Below, in pieces: positions 9,325 to 18,655 of a stretch of DNA of 64,000 nt. The notes beneath the pieces are model-generated. The model made no database searches. It worked only from the letters and a program-made list of their open reading frames with translations, and was not told the origin of the DNA. Position numbers and translations under genes: made by a program. This stretch comes from Patescibacteria group bacterium (GTDB lineage: Bacteria; Patescibacteriota; Patescibacteriia; UBA9570). Position 1 is the first letter of the stretch, and the number at the start of each line of letters is the position of its first letter. The stretch spans positions 290,268-354,267 of the forward strand of contig JBAZWO010000001.1 in NCBI GenBank assembly GCA_041660305.1. Direction: 5' to 3'.

Positions 9325-11778
9325 TTACGACAACTGCAACGATAGCTGCTGCTCATAATCAGCTACGTCTACCCAGGTGCGCAAACACGTATCCGGCGTT
9401 AAAGACATGGTATCGATGCCCTGTTCTACTAAGAACCGAGCGATTTCTGGAAAATCAGATGGAGCTTGGCCGCAAATGCCTATTTTTTTACCAGCGGCAT
9501 GCACCGTTTTAATGGCTTGGGAAATTAATTTTTTTACCGCTTCATTACGTTCATTATAAATATGGGCTACTAATCCAGAATCTCTATCTAAGCCTAACGT
9601 TAATTGAGTAAGATCATTTGAGCCAATCGAAAAACCATCGAATATTTTAATAAACTCTTCTGCTAAAATTACGTTAGACGGAATTTCACACATCATGTAC
9701 ACTTCTAAGCCATTTTCACCCTGCACTAAACCATTAGTCGCCATTTCGGCTATTACTTTGCGGCCTTCTTCTGGCGTACGGCAAAACGGTATCATTAATT
9801 TCATATTAGTTAAGCCCATGTCGTTGCGCACTTTTTTCATGGCACGACACTCTAAGGCAAAAGCCGCTTTATATTCCGTGGAATAATATCGAGAAGCGCC
9901 GCGCCAGCCGATCATGGGATTTTCTTCATGTGGTTCAAATTGCTTGCCGCCTACTAAATTAGCGTACTCATTAGATTTAAAATCAGATAAGCGTACAATT
10001 ACTTGGTAAGGATAATACGCCGCCACAATGCGGCTGACCCCCAAAGCTAATTGATCTACAAAATAATCTGCTTTCACAGTATAATCTCTAGTAATATGAG
10101 CAATTTCTGCTTTTACTTTTTCATCTTTTAACTCATCAAACCGTAACAAAGCTAACGGATGTACTTTAATGGCGTTAAGAATAATCATTTCTAACCGGGC
10201 TAAACCAACACCGCGATTGGGAATATTAGCAAAATCAAAAGCGCGAGCTGGATCGCCAACAATCTGCATAATATCAGTTTTTGGTGGTTTAATGATGCCT
10301 AAATTAGTCCGCTTTACTTCAAATGGAATTTTACCATCATACACAAAACCTTTTTCTCCTTCCGCGCACGATACCGTTACTAGCTGATCCGTTTTTAAAA
10401 TGGTAGTGGCGTGTTTGGTGCCCACTACGCAAGGAATGCCTAATTCACGCGACACAATGGCCGCATGTGAAGTGCGTCCACCGGAATTGGTAACAATGGC
10501 CGCGGCAATTTTCATAATCGGCTCCCAATCCGGATCGGTAATTTCGGTTACCAGTACTTCACCTGGTTTAAAATCGTGAATCGAATTAACATCTTTTAAG
10601 ACGCGCACATTACCTTGGCCAATTTTTGAACCTACGGCCACACCAGCTACTACCGCCGGTTTGTGACCAGCAATGGCATACTCCTCTAAAATTTGCGACG
10701 TGTTTTTGGCATGAACAGTTTCCGGCCGCGCTTGCACAATATATAATTTGTTAGTTAAGCCATCTTTAGCCCATTCAATATCCATTGGCTTACCATAATG
10801 CTGTTCGATTAAAAATGCCCAATAGGCTAATTGCAACACCTCGTCATCGGTTAACACAAACCGTTCTCTATCTTCTTGCGCCACCGGCACTTCTTTAGTT
10901 GGATTATTACCCTCTAAACTGTAAATCATTTTTATTTCCTTGTGGCCTAAACTTTTACCGATAATCGGCCGGAAGTGAAATTTTAACTGGCGATCTTTAG
11001 TACAAGTAGCTCCTTCTACCAAAGTTGGTTTGAACACATAATATTCATCCGGCTCCACTTTGCCTTGCACCACCATTTCACCTAAACCATAAGCCGCGGT
11101 AATAACAGCCGCGTTTTTAAAACCAGATTCAGTATCAATAGAAAACATTACGCCGGAACAAGCCTCATCGGAGCGCACCATTTTTTGCACACCAACAGAT
11201 AACGAAATATTAAAATGATCAAAGCCTTTATCGGCTCGATACGAAATAGCCCGATTGGTAAATAACGAAGCCATACAACGTTTGGTAGCATCAATTACAT
11301 CAAACGCTCCGCGAATATTTAAAAAAGTTTCTTGTTGACCGGCAAATGAAGCATCGGGTAAATCTTCGGCCGTAGCTGAACTACGCACCGCCACGTCCAT
11401 TTCATTATTATTATTCCCTTCTAACTGACACAGTTCGTTATAAGCTGTTTCAATCGCTTGTTTTAAATCAGCTGGTAATTCAGCGGCTAAAATAGCTTCC
11501 CGCACTTTATGGCCATGGTCTTGTAAATTATGTAAATCTTTAGTGTTCAGCGTAGCTAACATGTCCGCAATTTTTTTCTTTAAACCAGTTTTATCTAAAA
11601 AGTATTCGTAAGCATAAGCCGTAATCGCAAATCCGTTCGGCACCGCTACTTCATGCGCTGCCAAATTCTGGTACATTTCCCCTAATGAGGCGTTTTTACC
11701 ACCTACTAACGGCACATCGCCGATAGTAAGTTCTTTAAACCATAAAATGAAAGCATCTTGTTTTGTTGAAGAAACCAT
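9325..11778 (-). CDS. ppsA: Phosphoenolpyruvate synthase (pyruvate, water dikinase)
   Basis: 817 aa with an ATP-grasp N-domain, the phosphohistidine motif GGRTSHAAIVSRELGIPCVVG, and a C-terminal PEP-binding barrel (GSNDLTQLTLG). Confidence 0.92.
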   Translation of the reverse strand: MVSSTKQDAFILWFKELTIGDVPLVGGKNASLGEMYQNLAAHEVAVPNGFAITAYAYEYFLDKTGLKKKIADMLATLNTKDLHNLQDHGHKVREAILAAELPADLKQAIETAYNELCQLEGNNNNEMDVAVRSSATAEDLPDASFAGQQETFLNIRGAFDVIDATKRCMASLFTNRAISYRADKGFDHFNISLSVGVQKMVRSDEACSGVMFSIDTESGFKNAAVITAAYGLGEMVVQGKVEPDEYYVFKPTLVEGATCTKDRQLKFHFRPIIGKSLGHKEIKMIYSLEGNNPTKEVPVAQEDRERFVLTDDEVLQLAYWAFLIEQHYGKPMDIEWAKDGLTNKLYIVQARPETVHAKNTSQILEEYAIAGHKPAVVAGVAVGSKIGQGNVRVLKDVNSIHDFKPGEVLVTEITDPDWEPIMKIAAAIVTNSGGRTSHAAIVSRELGIPCVVGTKHATTILKTDQLVTVSCAEGEKGFVYDGKIPFEVKRTNLGIIKPPKTDIMQIVGDPARAFDFANIPNRGVGLARLEMIILNAIKVHPLALLRFDELKDEKVKAEIAHITRDYTVKADYFVDQLALGVSRIVAAYYPYQVIVRLSDFKSNEYANLVGGKQFEPHEENPMIGWRGASRYYSTEYKAAFALECRAMKKVRNDMGLTNMKLMIPFCRTPEEGRKVIAEMATNGLVQGENGLEVYMMCEIPSNVILAEEFIKIFDGFSIGSNDLTQLTLGLDRDSGLVAHIYNERNEAVKKLISQAIKTVHAAGKKIGICGQAPSDFPEIARFLVEQGIDTMSLTPDTCLRTWVDVADYEQQLSLQLS

Positions 11779-11809
11779 ATTTTAAAATTAATACCTCTAA
11801 TTATTTTAT

Positions 11810-11888
11810 TCCCCTCTCCTGTCCGCCAGAGGCGGATCCACCTTTGGTGGAATAGAAGAGGGGTGCCCGAAAGGGCGGGGTGAGGTAG
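11810..11888. repeat. GC-rich modular palindromic element, locus R1
   Basis: An outer stem CCCCTCT/AGAGGGG encloses hairpins CCGCC-AGA-GGCGG and CCACC-TTT-GGTGG. These are followed by GCCC-GAAA-GGGC and the family terminus GGGGTGAGGTAG. It lies between the pyk stop and the ppsA start. Confidence 0.8.
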
Positions 11889-11952
11889 TTCGGCTTATTA
11901 TAACCTAGCTACTTGCTTTGACAAGCTAAATTATCATAACTAATAAAACACC

Positions 11953-13377
11953 TTATATTTCTTGCAATTTTACCATGTTGGCGCCATGAGTTTTGCCTAC
12001 CGGGTGCCCGGTTACCAATACTAATTTATCACCAGGGCTGACTAATTTACGTTGTTTCATTATTTTTACTGATTGTTGCAATAATTTATCTAATGTTCTA
12101 CAAGTAGGCACTAAATAAGCTTCCACACCCCAACTCAACGTTAGTTGTTGTTGTGTTAAACGATGATTGGTTAACACGGCAATTAGTTTTTCTGGACGAT
12201 GCCGAGCAATTAACCGCGCCGCTTGGCCAGACAACGAATTAACCACAATGGCTTTAACGCCGGCGTGTTGCGCTAAATCATACGCAATTACCGAAATGGC
12301 ATCGGCAATAGCTGGTTGCACTAATTTTAAATAATGAGCCGGCACATCATCGTATTTTGAAGCCTCGGTTTCCTTAATAATACTGGTCATGGTTTTTACG
12401 GCTTCTACTGGATATTTGCCAAAGGCTGATTCAGCCGATAACATCACAGCATCGGTATGATCGATGACCGCATTAGCCACATCGGAAACTTCGGCTCGCG
12501 TGGCGCGCGGATTAATCGTCATGGATTCTAACATTTGGGTAGCTACAATTACTGGCTTGCCTACTTCTAAACATTGCTGAATCATACTCTTTTGTAGTAA
12601 CGGCACATCCGCTGGATTAATTTCTATGCCTAAATCACCCCGCGCTACCATAATACCATCGGTAACTTTTAAAATGTGCTTAAAATTCTTCACCGCTTCA
12701 GCCCGTTCAATTTTAGCTACTATTTGCACCGGGTGTTTACCTAATAATTTACGCAATTCCAAAATATCAGCCGAATCTTTTACAAATGATAAAGCCACAA
12801 AATCAATGCCTTGTTTTAAACCAAAGGCTAAATCTTGCTTATCTTTAGCAGTAATTACATCGGTAATAATATTTGTACTAGGTAAATTTATACCTTTATG
12901 TGAAAAAATTATTCCCGGGCGCACCACACTGCCGAAAATCATTTTATCTTTAACTTGCTCAATCATGATATCGATTAAACCATCGTTGATTAATACATGT
13001 TTACCAACACTGGCAAATTTATATAATTCCGGGTAATCAATGGGAATAATTTTATCGTTACCGGTAGTAAGTAATTTGTAATTAATTAAATTATTAGGCA
13101 CTAACACTACCGATTCTTTGCGCACTAATTCAATACCATCACGGTGTACACTGCCTACTCTAATACGTGGCCCTTGTAAATCCTGCATTAATCCCACGAT
13201 TTTACCAACTTTGGCTGCCGCTAACCGAATATTTTTAATTAACACCGCGTGTTCAGCATACGTGCCATGCGAAAAATTTAAACGCGCTACATTCATGCCG
13301 TGCTTAATCATTTGCTCCAACACCGCCGGTTTAGACGACGCCGGCCCTAATGTACACACTATTTTGGTTCGTTTCAT
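11953..13377 (-). CDS. pyk: Pyruvate kinase
   Basis: 474 aa, starting MKRTKIVCTLGPAS, with full-length PK barrel and C-terminal domain pattern. Confidence 0.92.
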   Translation of the reverse strand: MKRTKIVCTLGPASSKPAVLEQMIKHGMNVARLNFSHGTYAEHAVLIKNIRLAAAKVGKIVGLMQDLQGPRIRVGSVHRDGIELVRKESVVLVPNNLINYKLLTTGNDKIIPIDYPELYKFASVGKHVLINDGLIDIMIEQVKDKMIFGSVVRPGIIFSHKGINLPSTNIITDVITAKDKQDLAFGLKQGIDFVALSFVKDSADILELRKLLGKHPVQIVAKIERAEAVKNFKHILKVTDGIMVARGDLGIEINPADVPLLQKSMIQQCLEVGKPVIVATQMLESMTINPRATRAEVSDVANAVIDHTDAVMLSAESAFGKYPVEAVKTMTSIIKETEASKYDDVPAHYLKLVQPAIADAISVIAYDLAQHAGVKAIVVNSLSGQAARLIARHRPEKLIAVLTNHRLTQQQLTLSWGVEAYLVPTCRTLDKLLQQSVKIMKQRKLVSPGDKLVLVTGHPVGKTHGANMVKLQEI

Positions 13378-13410
13378 AAATCTTATAGTAACACAAAAAA
13401 TGCTTCTATT

Positions 13411-13495
13411 CTACCTCTATCCCCAACCCTTTCCCCTAAACTTCCTACCTCGCCCTGTCCTTCGGACATCCCTCTCCTATTAGGAGAGGGAGAGG
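13411..13495. repeat. GC-rich modular palindromic element, locus R2
   Basis: It starts CTACCTCTATCCCCAACCCTTTCCCCTAAAC. It contains TGTCC-TTCG-GACA and the imperfect stem CCCTCTCCTA/TAGGAGAGGG (near-contiguous arms, at most ~2 unpaired central nt). It lies between the efp stop and the pyk start. Confidence 0.8.
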
Positions 13496-13500
13496 CAATT

Positions 13501-14064
13501 CTATTTATTCACTCGTTCCACGTACTCGCCGGTTTCGGTATTAATGCGAATTACTTCGCCTTCTTTAATAAATAGCGGCACAGAAATTTCGTGACCAGTT
13601 TCCAATTTTACCCGTTTGGTAGCATTAGAAGCTGAATCACCTTTTACGCCTGGCGGAGATTCTACTACTTTTAGTTCTACCTTAGGCGGTAATGACACGG
13701 CTACTGGTTTATCATTATAAATCATTACATCTAAATCCTCCCCTTCGCGTACATAATTTGAGATATCACCAATTTGCTCTAAATCAAAAGCAAATTGTTC
13801 ATAACTAACATTATCCATGAAATTAAAGGAATTACCTTCTCGATACATGAAATTGGCTTTACCGCGCCCTAAATTAGCTTCATCAATTTTATCACCCGGT
13901 TTAAACGTTTTTTCCAATACATTACCTGTAATTAAATTGCGTAATTTAGTGCGTTTTACTGGTTTACGTTGCGCTGTGCGCATAAAATCGGCCCAAACTA
14001 CTTGGTATGGTGCCCCATCAATATCAAGCACCTTGCCTAGCCGTACTTCGTTCATTGTTAACAT
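13501..14064 (-). CDS. efp: Elongation factor P
   Basis: 187 aa with full-length EF-P-like sequence (VLDIDGAPYQVV... C-terminal GEYVERV). Confidence 0.9.
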   Translation of the reverse strand: MLTMNEVRLGKVLDIDGAPYQVVWADFMRTAQRKPVKRTKLRNLITGNVLEKTFKPGDKIDEANLGRGKANFMYREGNSFNFMDNVSYEQFAFDLEQIGDISNYVREGEDLDVMIYNDKPVAVSLPPKVELKVVESPPGVKGDSASNATKRVKLETGHEISVPLFIKEGEVIRINTETGEYVERVNK

Positions 14065-14095
14065 AATTTTTTAAATAAATAATTTATTTAACTCC

Positions 14096-14318
14096 CTACC
14101 TCACCTCCCGGCCTCCTCTCCTTAAAACTACCTTCCTCCCTAACCCTCCTTCCTCAAAGGCAGGAGGGAATAATTTCTTTAATTATCATTTCTTATCCCC
14201 CTCTCTCCTTAGAGGAGAGAGGGGGTTGGGGGGAGTGAGGTAGGTTGTTTAGGGGAGAGGGGGTTAGGCCATCGGCTCTGAGGCTCTGGCTCGAAGAGGG
14301 GAGAGGTAGTCTACCTCC
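14096..14318. repeat. GC-rich modular palindromic element, composite locus R3 (inverted partner of R4)
   Basis: It starts CTACCTCACCTCCC and ends GAGAGGTAG/CTACCTCC. About 170 bp match the reverse complement of 15677-15857. The rpsR stop codon (14311-14313) lies at its edge. Confidence 0.85.
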
Positions 14319-14532
14319 TAGTATACTGCAACAAGGCCATATAACGCGCGCGTTTAATGGCTTGGCTAAGTTTGCGCTGAATTTTGGCACTGACACCGAT
14401 ACGTTTAGCTGGTAAAATTTTGGCGTAATTAGAAATCACTTTACGTAACAAGACAATATTTTTGTAATCAATATTAGTTTCATCAACAATTAATTTTTCA
14501 CGCACTGGTTTATGAGAATGATTCATGGACAT
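14311..14532 (-). CDS. rpsR: 30S ribosomal protein S18
   Basis: 73 aa with the S18 pattern IDYKNIVLLRKVISNYAKILPAKRIGVSAKIQRKLSQAIKRARYMALL. Confidence 0.9.
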   Translation of the reverse strand: MSMNHSHKPVREKLIVDETNIDYKNIVLLRKVISNYAKILPAKRIGVSAKIQRKLSQAIKRARYMALLQYTRR

Positions 14533-14556
14533 AAAAAAACAAATAAATAATTTTTA

Positions 14557-15000
14557 TTAAAATGGAATATCTTCAACCCTAATTTCTTCACTAGGATTAT
14601 TCGTAACCGGTTCTGGTGCGGTTTGGGCTGGCTTTGACATAGTAGGATTGGCCGCTGCTACACCACTATTTCCCCTGCTATCTAACATAATCATGTTTTC
14701 CGCAACAATCTCCGTACGATATTTTTTTACGCCTTGTGGATCAGTCCAAGATCGAGTTTCTACTCGTCCTTCAATGTAAATTTTTGAGCCTTTTTTTACA
14801 TACTGTTGAATAATTTCCGCTAATTTACGCCAAGCTACAATGTTATGAAATTCGGCTTTGTCTTGCTTCTGCCCGGCCTGATCGGTCCATTGTCTATTTG
14901 TGGCCATAGCAAACGTGGCTACACTTTGCCCAGATGGAATAGTGCGCACTTCTGGATCGCGAGTTACGCGACCAATTAACATTACTTTGTTTAAATCCAT
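14557..15000 (-). CDS. ssb: Single-stranded DNA-binding protein
   Basis: 147 aa with an OB-fold N-terminus (MDLNKVMLIGRVTRDPE) and an acidic tail ending EDIPF. Confidence 0.9.
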   Translation of the reverse strand: MDLNKVMLIGRVTRDPEVRTIPSGQSVATFAMATNRQWTDQAGQKQDKAEFHNIVAWRKLAEIIQQYVKKGSKIYIEGRVETRSWTDPQGVKKYRTEIVAENMIMLDSRGNSGVAAANPTMSKPAQTAPEPVTNNPSEEIRVEDIPF

Positions 15001-15019
15001 AAAAATAAGTAATTAGTAA

Positions 15020-15547
15020 TTACAATTTTAAACCAATATCAGTATCATCTAAAATGGCGTCTAGCTTTTTATCAAGCTCTTCAATCGATACTGGTGTTTT
15101 GTCTTTTTTCTTTTCTTCTACCTTACTTGTTTCTACCACAGGTTTTTCTACAGTAGGTTCGGTAATTATCTTAGCCACTGGTGTAGCTGATACTACTGGT
15201 TTCTCTTCTGCTTTTGGTAGAGCGGCCGTAAAGTACGCTTGAATTTGTTCAGACGTAGCTGGTTTTGTTTTTATTAACAAATAACGCAACTTCACTTGAT
15301 TCAAGCTTAACACTTTATTTAATGACACTAGTTCTTTCGATTCCATATCGAAGTGTCTAACCACATAATAACCGTAACCCTGATCGTTAATTGGGTAGGC
15401 TAGGCGGCGGCGGGGCAAATCACAGGCCGCTGTGATAGTGCCGGCTCGTTCAGTAATAAAAGTTACTACCTGTTGTTTGGCTTCGGCTAATTTAGCCTCA
15501 TCCATGGTGCCAGGAAATACCACCATTAATTCATAATGTTGCAACAT
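15020..15547 (-). CDS. rpsF: 30S ribosomal protein S6 with Glu/Lys/Pro/Val-rich C-terminal tail
   Basis: The ORF track starts at 15652, but S6 homology begins at the internal MLQHYELMVVF (ATG at 15547-15545). An AAGGAAA sequence lies 8 nt upstream of that ATG. Confidence 0.8.
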   Translation of the reverse strand: MLQHYELMVVFPGTMDEAKLAEAKQQVVTFITERAGTITAACDLPRRRLAYPINDQGYGYYVVRHFDMESKELVSLNKVLSLNQVKLRYLLIKTKPATSEQIQAYFTAALPKAEEKPVVSATPVAKIITEPTVEKPVVETSKVEEKKKDKTPVSIEELDKKLDAILDDTDIGLKL

Positions 15548-15676
15548 GTTCAATTTTCCTTGTTGCGCTCTATCTATTACAGCGTTAAATGGGCTGTAAT
15601 TTGGATTAAAAGATAGATCACGCTTAAATATTAAGTATTTATAAGTTAGCAAAGATGGCTTTGTGAGTCAAGTACA

Positions 15677-15857
15677 CTACCTCTATCCCCAACCCTTTCC
15701 CCTAAACAACCTACCTCACTCCCCCAACCCCCTCTCTCCTCTAAGGAGAGAGGGGTATAAGAAATGATAATTAAAGAAATTATTCCCTCCTGCCTTTGAG
15801 GAAGGAGGGTTAGGGAAGAAGGTAGTTTTAAGGAGAGGGGGCTAGGGGGTGAGGTAG
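15677..15857. repeat. GC-rich modular palindromic element, composite locus R4 (inverted partner of R3)
   Basis: It starts CTACCTCTATCCCC and ends GGGGGTGAGGTAG. It is the reverse complement of most of R3, including the AT-rich core aataatttctttaattatcatttcttat. Confidence 0.85.
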
Positions 15858-15861
15858 TATT

Positions 15862-16326
15862 CTATCTTTCATCCGAGCCGTAGATAAAATTATCATCTAT
15901 CTTGGCGTAGGAAAATAATTCTTCTGATTTGAAAAATCTAGGAATTTCTTGTTGAGCAGTAGCTACAGAATCGGAGGCGTGAATAATATTATATTGTACA
16001 CTCATAGCAAAATCACCCCGAATGCTACCAGCATCAGCCGCTCGCCCTTTGGTAGGGCCAACAATTAACCGAATCGCCGCAATGGCTTCATAGCCTTCTA
16101 GTGCCATTACCACTACCGGCGAAGATTGCATGAACCGTTTTAAATCAGCAAAAAAAGGCTTGTCTTGATGATGAGCATAGTGTTCCGCAATTTTCACATC
16201 ATCAATCGCCATCATTTTTAAGCCAACTATTTTTAATCCTTTGCGTTCAAATCTACGAATTATCTCCCCTAATAAATTCCTTTGTAACGCATCTGGTTTT
16301 ACGATAATTAAAGATCGTTCCATCAT
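15862..16326 (-). CDS. ndk: Nucleoside diphosphate kinase
   Basis: 154 aa with ERSLIIVKPDA and the active-site region NIIHASDS. Confidence 0.92.
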   Translation of the reverse strand: MMERSLIIVKPDALQRNLLGEIIRRFERKGLKIVGLKMMAIDDVKIAEHYAHHQDKPFFADLKRFMQSSPVVVMALEGYEAIAAIRLIVGPTKGRAADAGSIRGDFAMSVQYNIIHASDSVATAQQEIPRFFKSEELFSYAKIDDNFIYGSDER

Positions 16327-16342
16327 AAATTAATTAATATAA

Positions 16343-16726
16343 TTATACAGCCTTAGTTTTACTTTTTAATAAATTATCTACTTTATCCACTACCTCCTGT
16401 GGTGTATGATTAGCTTTAATAAAATAATCATCCGCTCCTAACTCTTTACCTTTCTTTACATCTTCTTCCTGACCTAAATTAGTTAACAAAATAACTGGAA
16501 TATTCACTGTAGCCGGATTTTTGCGCATTTTTTTCAACGCCACAAAACCGTCCATTTTTGGCATAATCACATCTAATAAAATTAAATCGGGCTGTTCTGC
16601 TTCAGCTAATTTTACTCCGTCTGCGCCATTATAAGCTGAAACAACTGTATAACCATGGTTTTTAAACTTCTGGGTATACATGTCGTGAAGCATTTCGTCA
16701 TCTTCAACTAAAAGAATTTTAGCCAT
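16343..16726 (-). CDS. Stand-alone response-regulator receiver domain (CheY-like)
   Basis: 127 aa with an acidic pocket (VEDDE) and phospho-acceptor context LILLDVIMPKMDG. There is no output domain and no kinase gene nearby. Confidence 0.85.
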   Translation of the reverse strand: MAKILLVEDDEMLHDMYTQKFKNHGYTVVSAYNGADGVKLAEAEQPDLILLDVIMPKMDGFVALKKMRKNPATVNIPVILLTNLGQEEDVKKGKELGADDYFIKANHTPQEVVDKVDNLLKSKTKAV

Positions 16727-16786
16727 ATATTTTTCCTCCTTAATTTATATATAGTTTATTACCAAATTATTATAGCATTTTTATTA

Positions 16787-18205
16787 TTACTTGTACAACT
16801 GTTCAATTATCGCGCCAAATTGCAACAAGCTATCTTCAGAAAATTGCCTTCCTATTAACTGAACGCCTATTGGCAGCTGCTTAAGCTGTCCAGCCGGTAC
16901 GGCTAAACCAGGTAAGCCGGCTAATGAAACCGCGGCTAAATAAATATCGGCTAAATACATTTCTAGTGGATCCTGCGCTTTCTCCCCTACAGCAAAAGCC
17001 GTGTTTGGAGTAGTTGGAGTAATTATCACGTCTACCTCTTGGAAAGCTTTGGTAAAATCTTGTTTTATTAATGTGCGCACTTTAGCTGCCTTTAAATAAT
17101 AGGCCTCGTAATACCCAGCCGATAAAGCATAGGTGCCTAACATAATTCTACGCTTTACTTCATCGCCAAAACCTTCCGCCCGAGATTGGGCATACACCGA
17201 AAATAAATCTTCCACTTGTTCTGAACGATAACCATATTTAATACCATCGTATCTGGCCATGTTTGAACTTACTTCACACGGACATAAAACATAATAAGTA
17301 GGAATAGCAAATTGAGTATGTGGTAAAGAAATTTCTTTTACAGTTATTTTATATTGCTTTTTTAATTGAGCAATAACCTCTTCTATACGCTGTCGAACTG
17401 TTTCATTTAAACCAGCTACTGAAAAATATTCTTTTGGTACACCAATGGTTATTTTATTTAATTCGATTTTTTTAGAATTTTGTTTTACAACATTAGTACT
17501 AGCAATCGTAGTACTATCTAACGGATCAATACCAGTGATTTCTTGTAATACTGCTTGTGCGTCCGCGCAGGTAGTAGTGATTGGCCCAATGGTATCTAAC
17601 GATGAGGCCATAGAAATAACACCGTAACGCGATACTAGACCATACGTAGGCCGCAAACCAGCCACCCCACAATATGCCGCCGGTAAACGAATAGAACCAC
17701 CCGTATCCGTGCCCAGAGCAAACACCGCTAAATCAGCCGCCACGGCCGCCGCTGAACCACCGGAAGAACCGCCGGCAACCTTAGTAATATCATGCGGATT
17801 ACGCGTAACACCAAAACAAGAATTTTCCGTAGAGGCACCCATAGTAAACTCATCCGTATTGGTTTTGCCTAATAATACCGCCCCTTGATTATATAATTTT
17901 TTCGCTACAGTACCGGTATACGGCGGTATATACCCCTTTAAAATATTAGAACAAGCCGTGGTTTCAATACCATCCACACAAAACACATCTTTTAAAGCAT
18001 ATGGAATACCAGTCAGCGGCTGAATATCGCCCTTGGCAATTCGAACATCCGCTTGTTTGGCTTGCTCTAACGCGTAATCTTCCAACACCAATACATAAGC
18101 GTTTAACTCTGGATTGCGTTTTTTAATCCGCGCTAAATATTGTTGAGTTAATTCAACTGCAGAGATTTTTTTACTGTCTAATTTTTCTCGTAACTCTTTT
18201 ATCAT
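16787..18205 (-). CDS. gatA: Glutamyl-tRNA(Gln) amidotransferase subunit A
   Basis: 472 aa with the amidase signature GGSSGGSAAAVAA. Confidence 0.92.
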   Translation of the reverse strand: MIKELREKLDSKKISAVELTQQYLARIKKRNPELNAYVLVLEDYALEQAKQADVRIAKGDIQPLTGIPYALKDVFCVDGIETTACSNILKGYIPPYTGTVAKKLYNQGAVLLGKTNTDEFTMGASTENSCFGVTRNPHDITKVAGGSSGGSAAAVAADLAVFALGTDTGGSIRLPAAYCGVAGLRPTYGLVSRYGVISMASSLDTIGPITTTCADAQAVLQEITGIDPLDSTTIASTNVVKQNSKKIELNKITIGVPKEYFSVAGLNETVRQRIEEVIAQLKKQYKITVKEISLPHTQFAIPTYYVLCPCEVSSNMARYDGIKYGYRSEQVEDLFSVYAQSRAEGFGDEVKRRIMLGTYALSAGYYEAYYLKAAKVRTLIKQDFTKAFQEVDVIITPTTPNTAFAVGEKAQDPLEMYLADIYLAAVSLAGLPGLAVPAGQLKQLPIGVQLIGRQFSEDSLLQFGAIIEQLYK

Positions 18206-18212
18206 GGGATAG

Positions 18213-18244
18213 TTCCCCCTTTAGGGGGTTAGGGGGCTGGGGCC
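18213..18244. repeat. GC-rich palindromic element fragment, locus R5 (gatC tail / gatA leader)
   Basis: Contains the CCCCC-TTTA-GGGGG hairpin (18215-18228) plus TTAGGGGGCTGGGGCC. The gatC stop (18221-18223) sits in the hairpin loop. Confidence 0.7.
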
Positions 18245-18523
18245 AAATACTCCTTTAACTTTTAAATGATCTTCCGCTGTTTCAATGGCCGATTTAAACA
18301 TTTGTTCTCTAGTAAACTGATAATCAATAACATCCGGCCTGGTTTTATTGGCTAGGCCGGTAATTTGATACGTGGGCGTAACTTGGCTAGTATCCACCTG
18401 ATTTAATTGTTCCACAAATTTTAAAATAGTAGCAAATTCACCTTGAAAATGCTTAATTTCCGCTTCAGTTAGGTTAATTCTAGATAGTTTAGCAATTTTT
18501 TCCACTTCGGCTTTAGATAACAT
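18221..18523 (-). CDS. gatC: Glutamyl-tRNA(Gln) amidotransferase subunit C
   Basis: 100 aa with a GatC-like sequence. The last residues (GPSPLTP) are encoded by repeat R5. Confidence 0.85.
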   Translation of the reverse strand: MLSKAEVEKIAKLSRINLTEAEIKHFQGEFATILKFVEQLNQVDTSQVTPTYQITGLANKTRPDVIDYQFTREQMFKSAIETAEDHLKVKGVFGPSPLTP

Positions 18524-18529
18524 GGAATG

Positions 18530-18535
18530 ATTATA
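18530..18535 (-). promoter_or_regulatory. TATAAT -10 box 6 nt upstream of the gatC ATG (leaderless candidate)
   Basis: The minus strand reads ...TATACTATAATCATTCC-ATG. There is no SD. Confidence 0.4.
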
Positions 18536-18655
18536 GTATATTTTAACAAATATTGAAACTCACCTACTGCTTGCACATTTTATGTTAACTTGTTAAACTG
18601 GCGCGGTTATAAAAACCGCTCTTTGAAAAAAATTATGCATCCGGTAATTAAATTT

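Noticed and set aside
14193-14396. 67-aa ORF ending ...SPQPPLSSKERGG. Similar ORFs occur at 21091-21294, 55450-55653 and 61957-62211.
   Set aside because: These are reading frames generated by the GC-rich palindromic repeats, giving Pro/Gly/Arg/Ser-rich peptides. They overlap real genes (rpsR, ligA, recG, VirB4).
15548-15652. 35-codon N-terminal extension of rpsF in the ORF track
   Set aside because: S6 homology starts at the internal MLQHYELMVVF. The extension (MLTYKYLIFKRDLSFNPNY...) looks like translated AT-rich leader.
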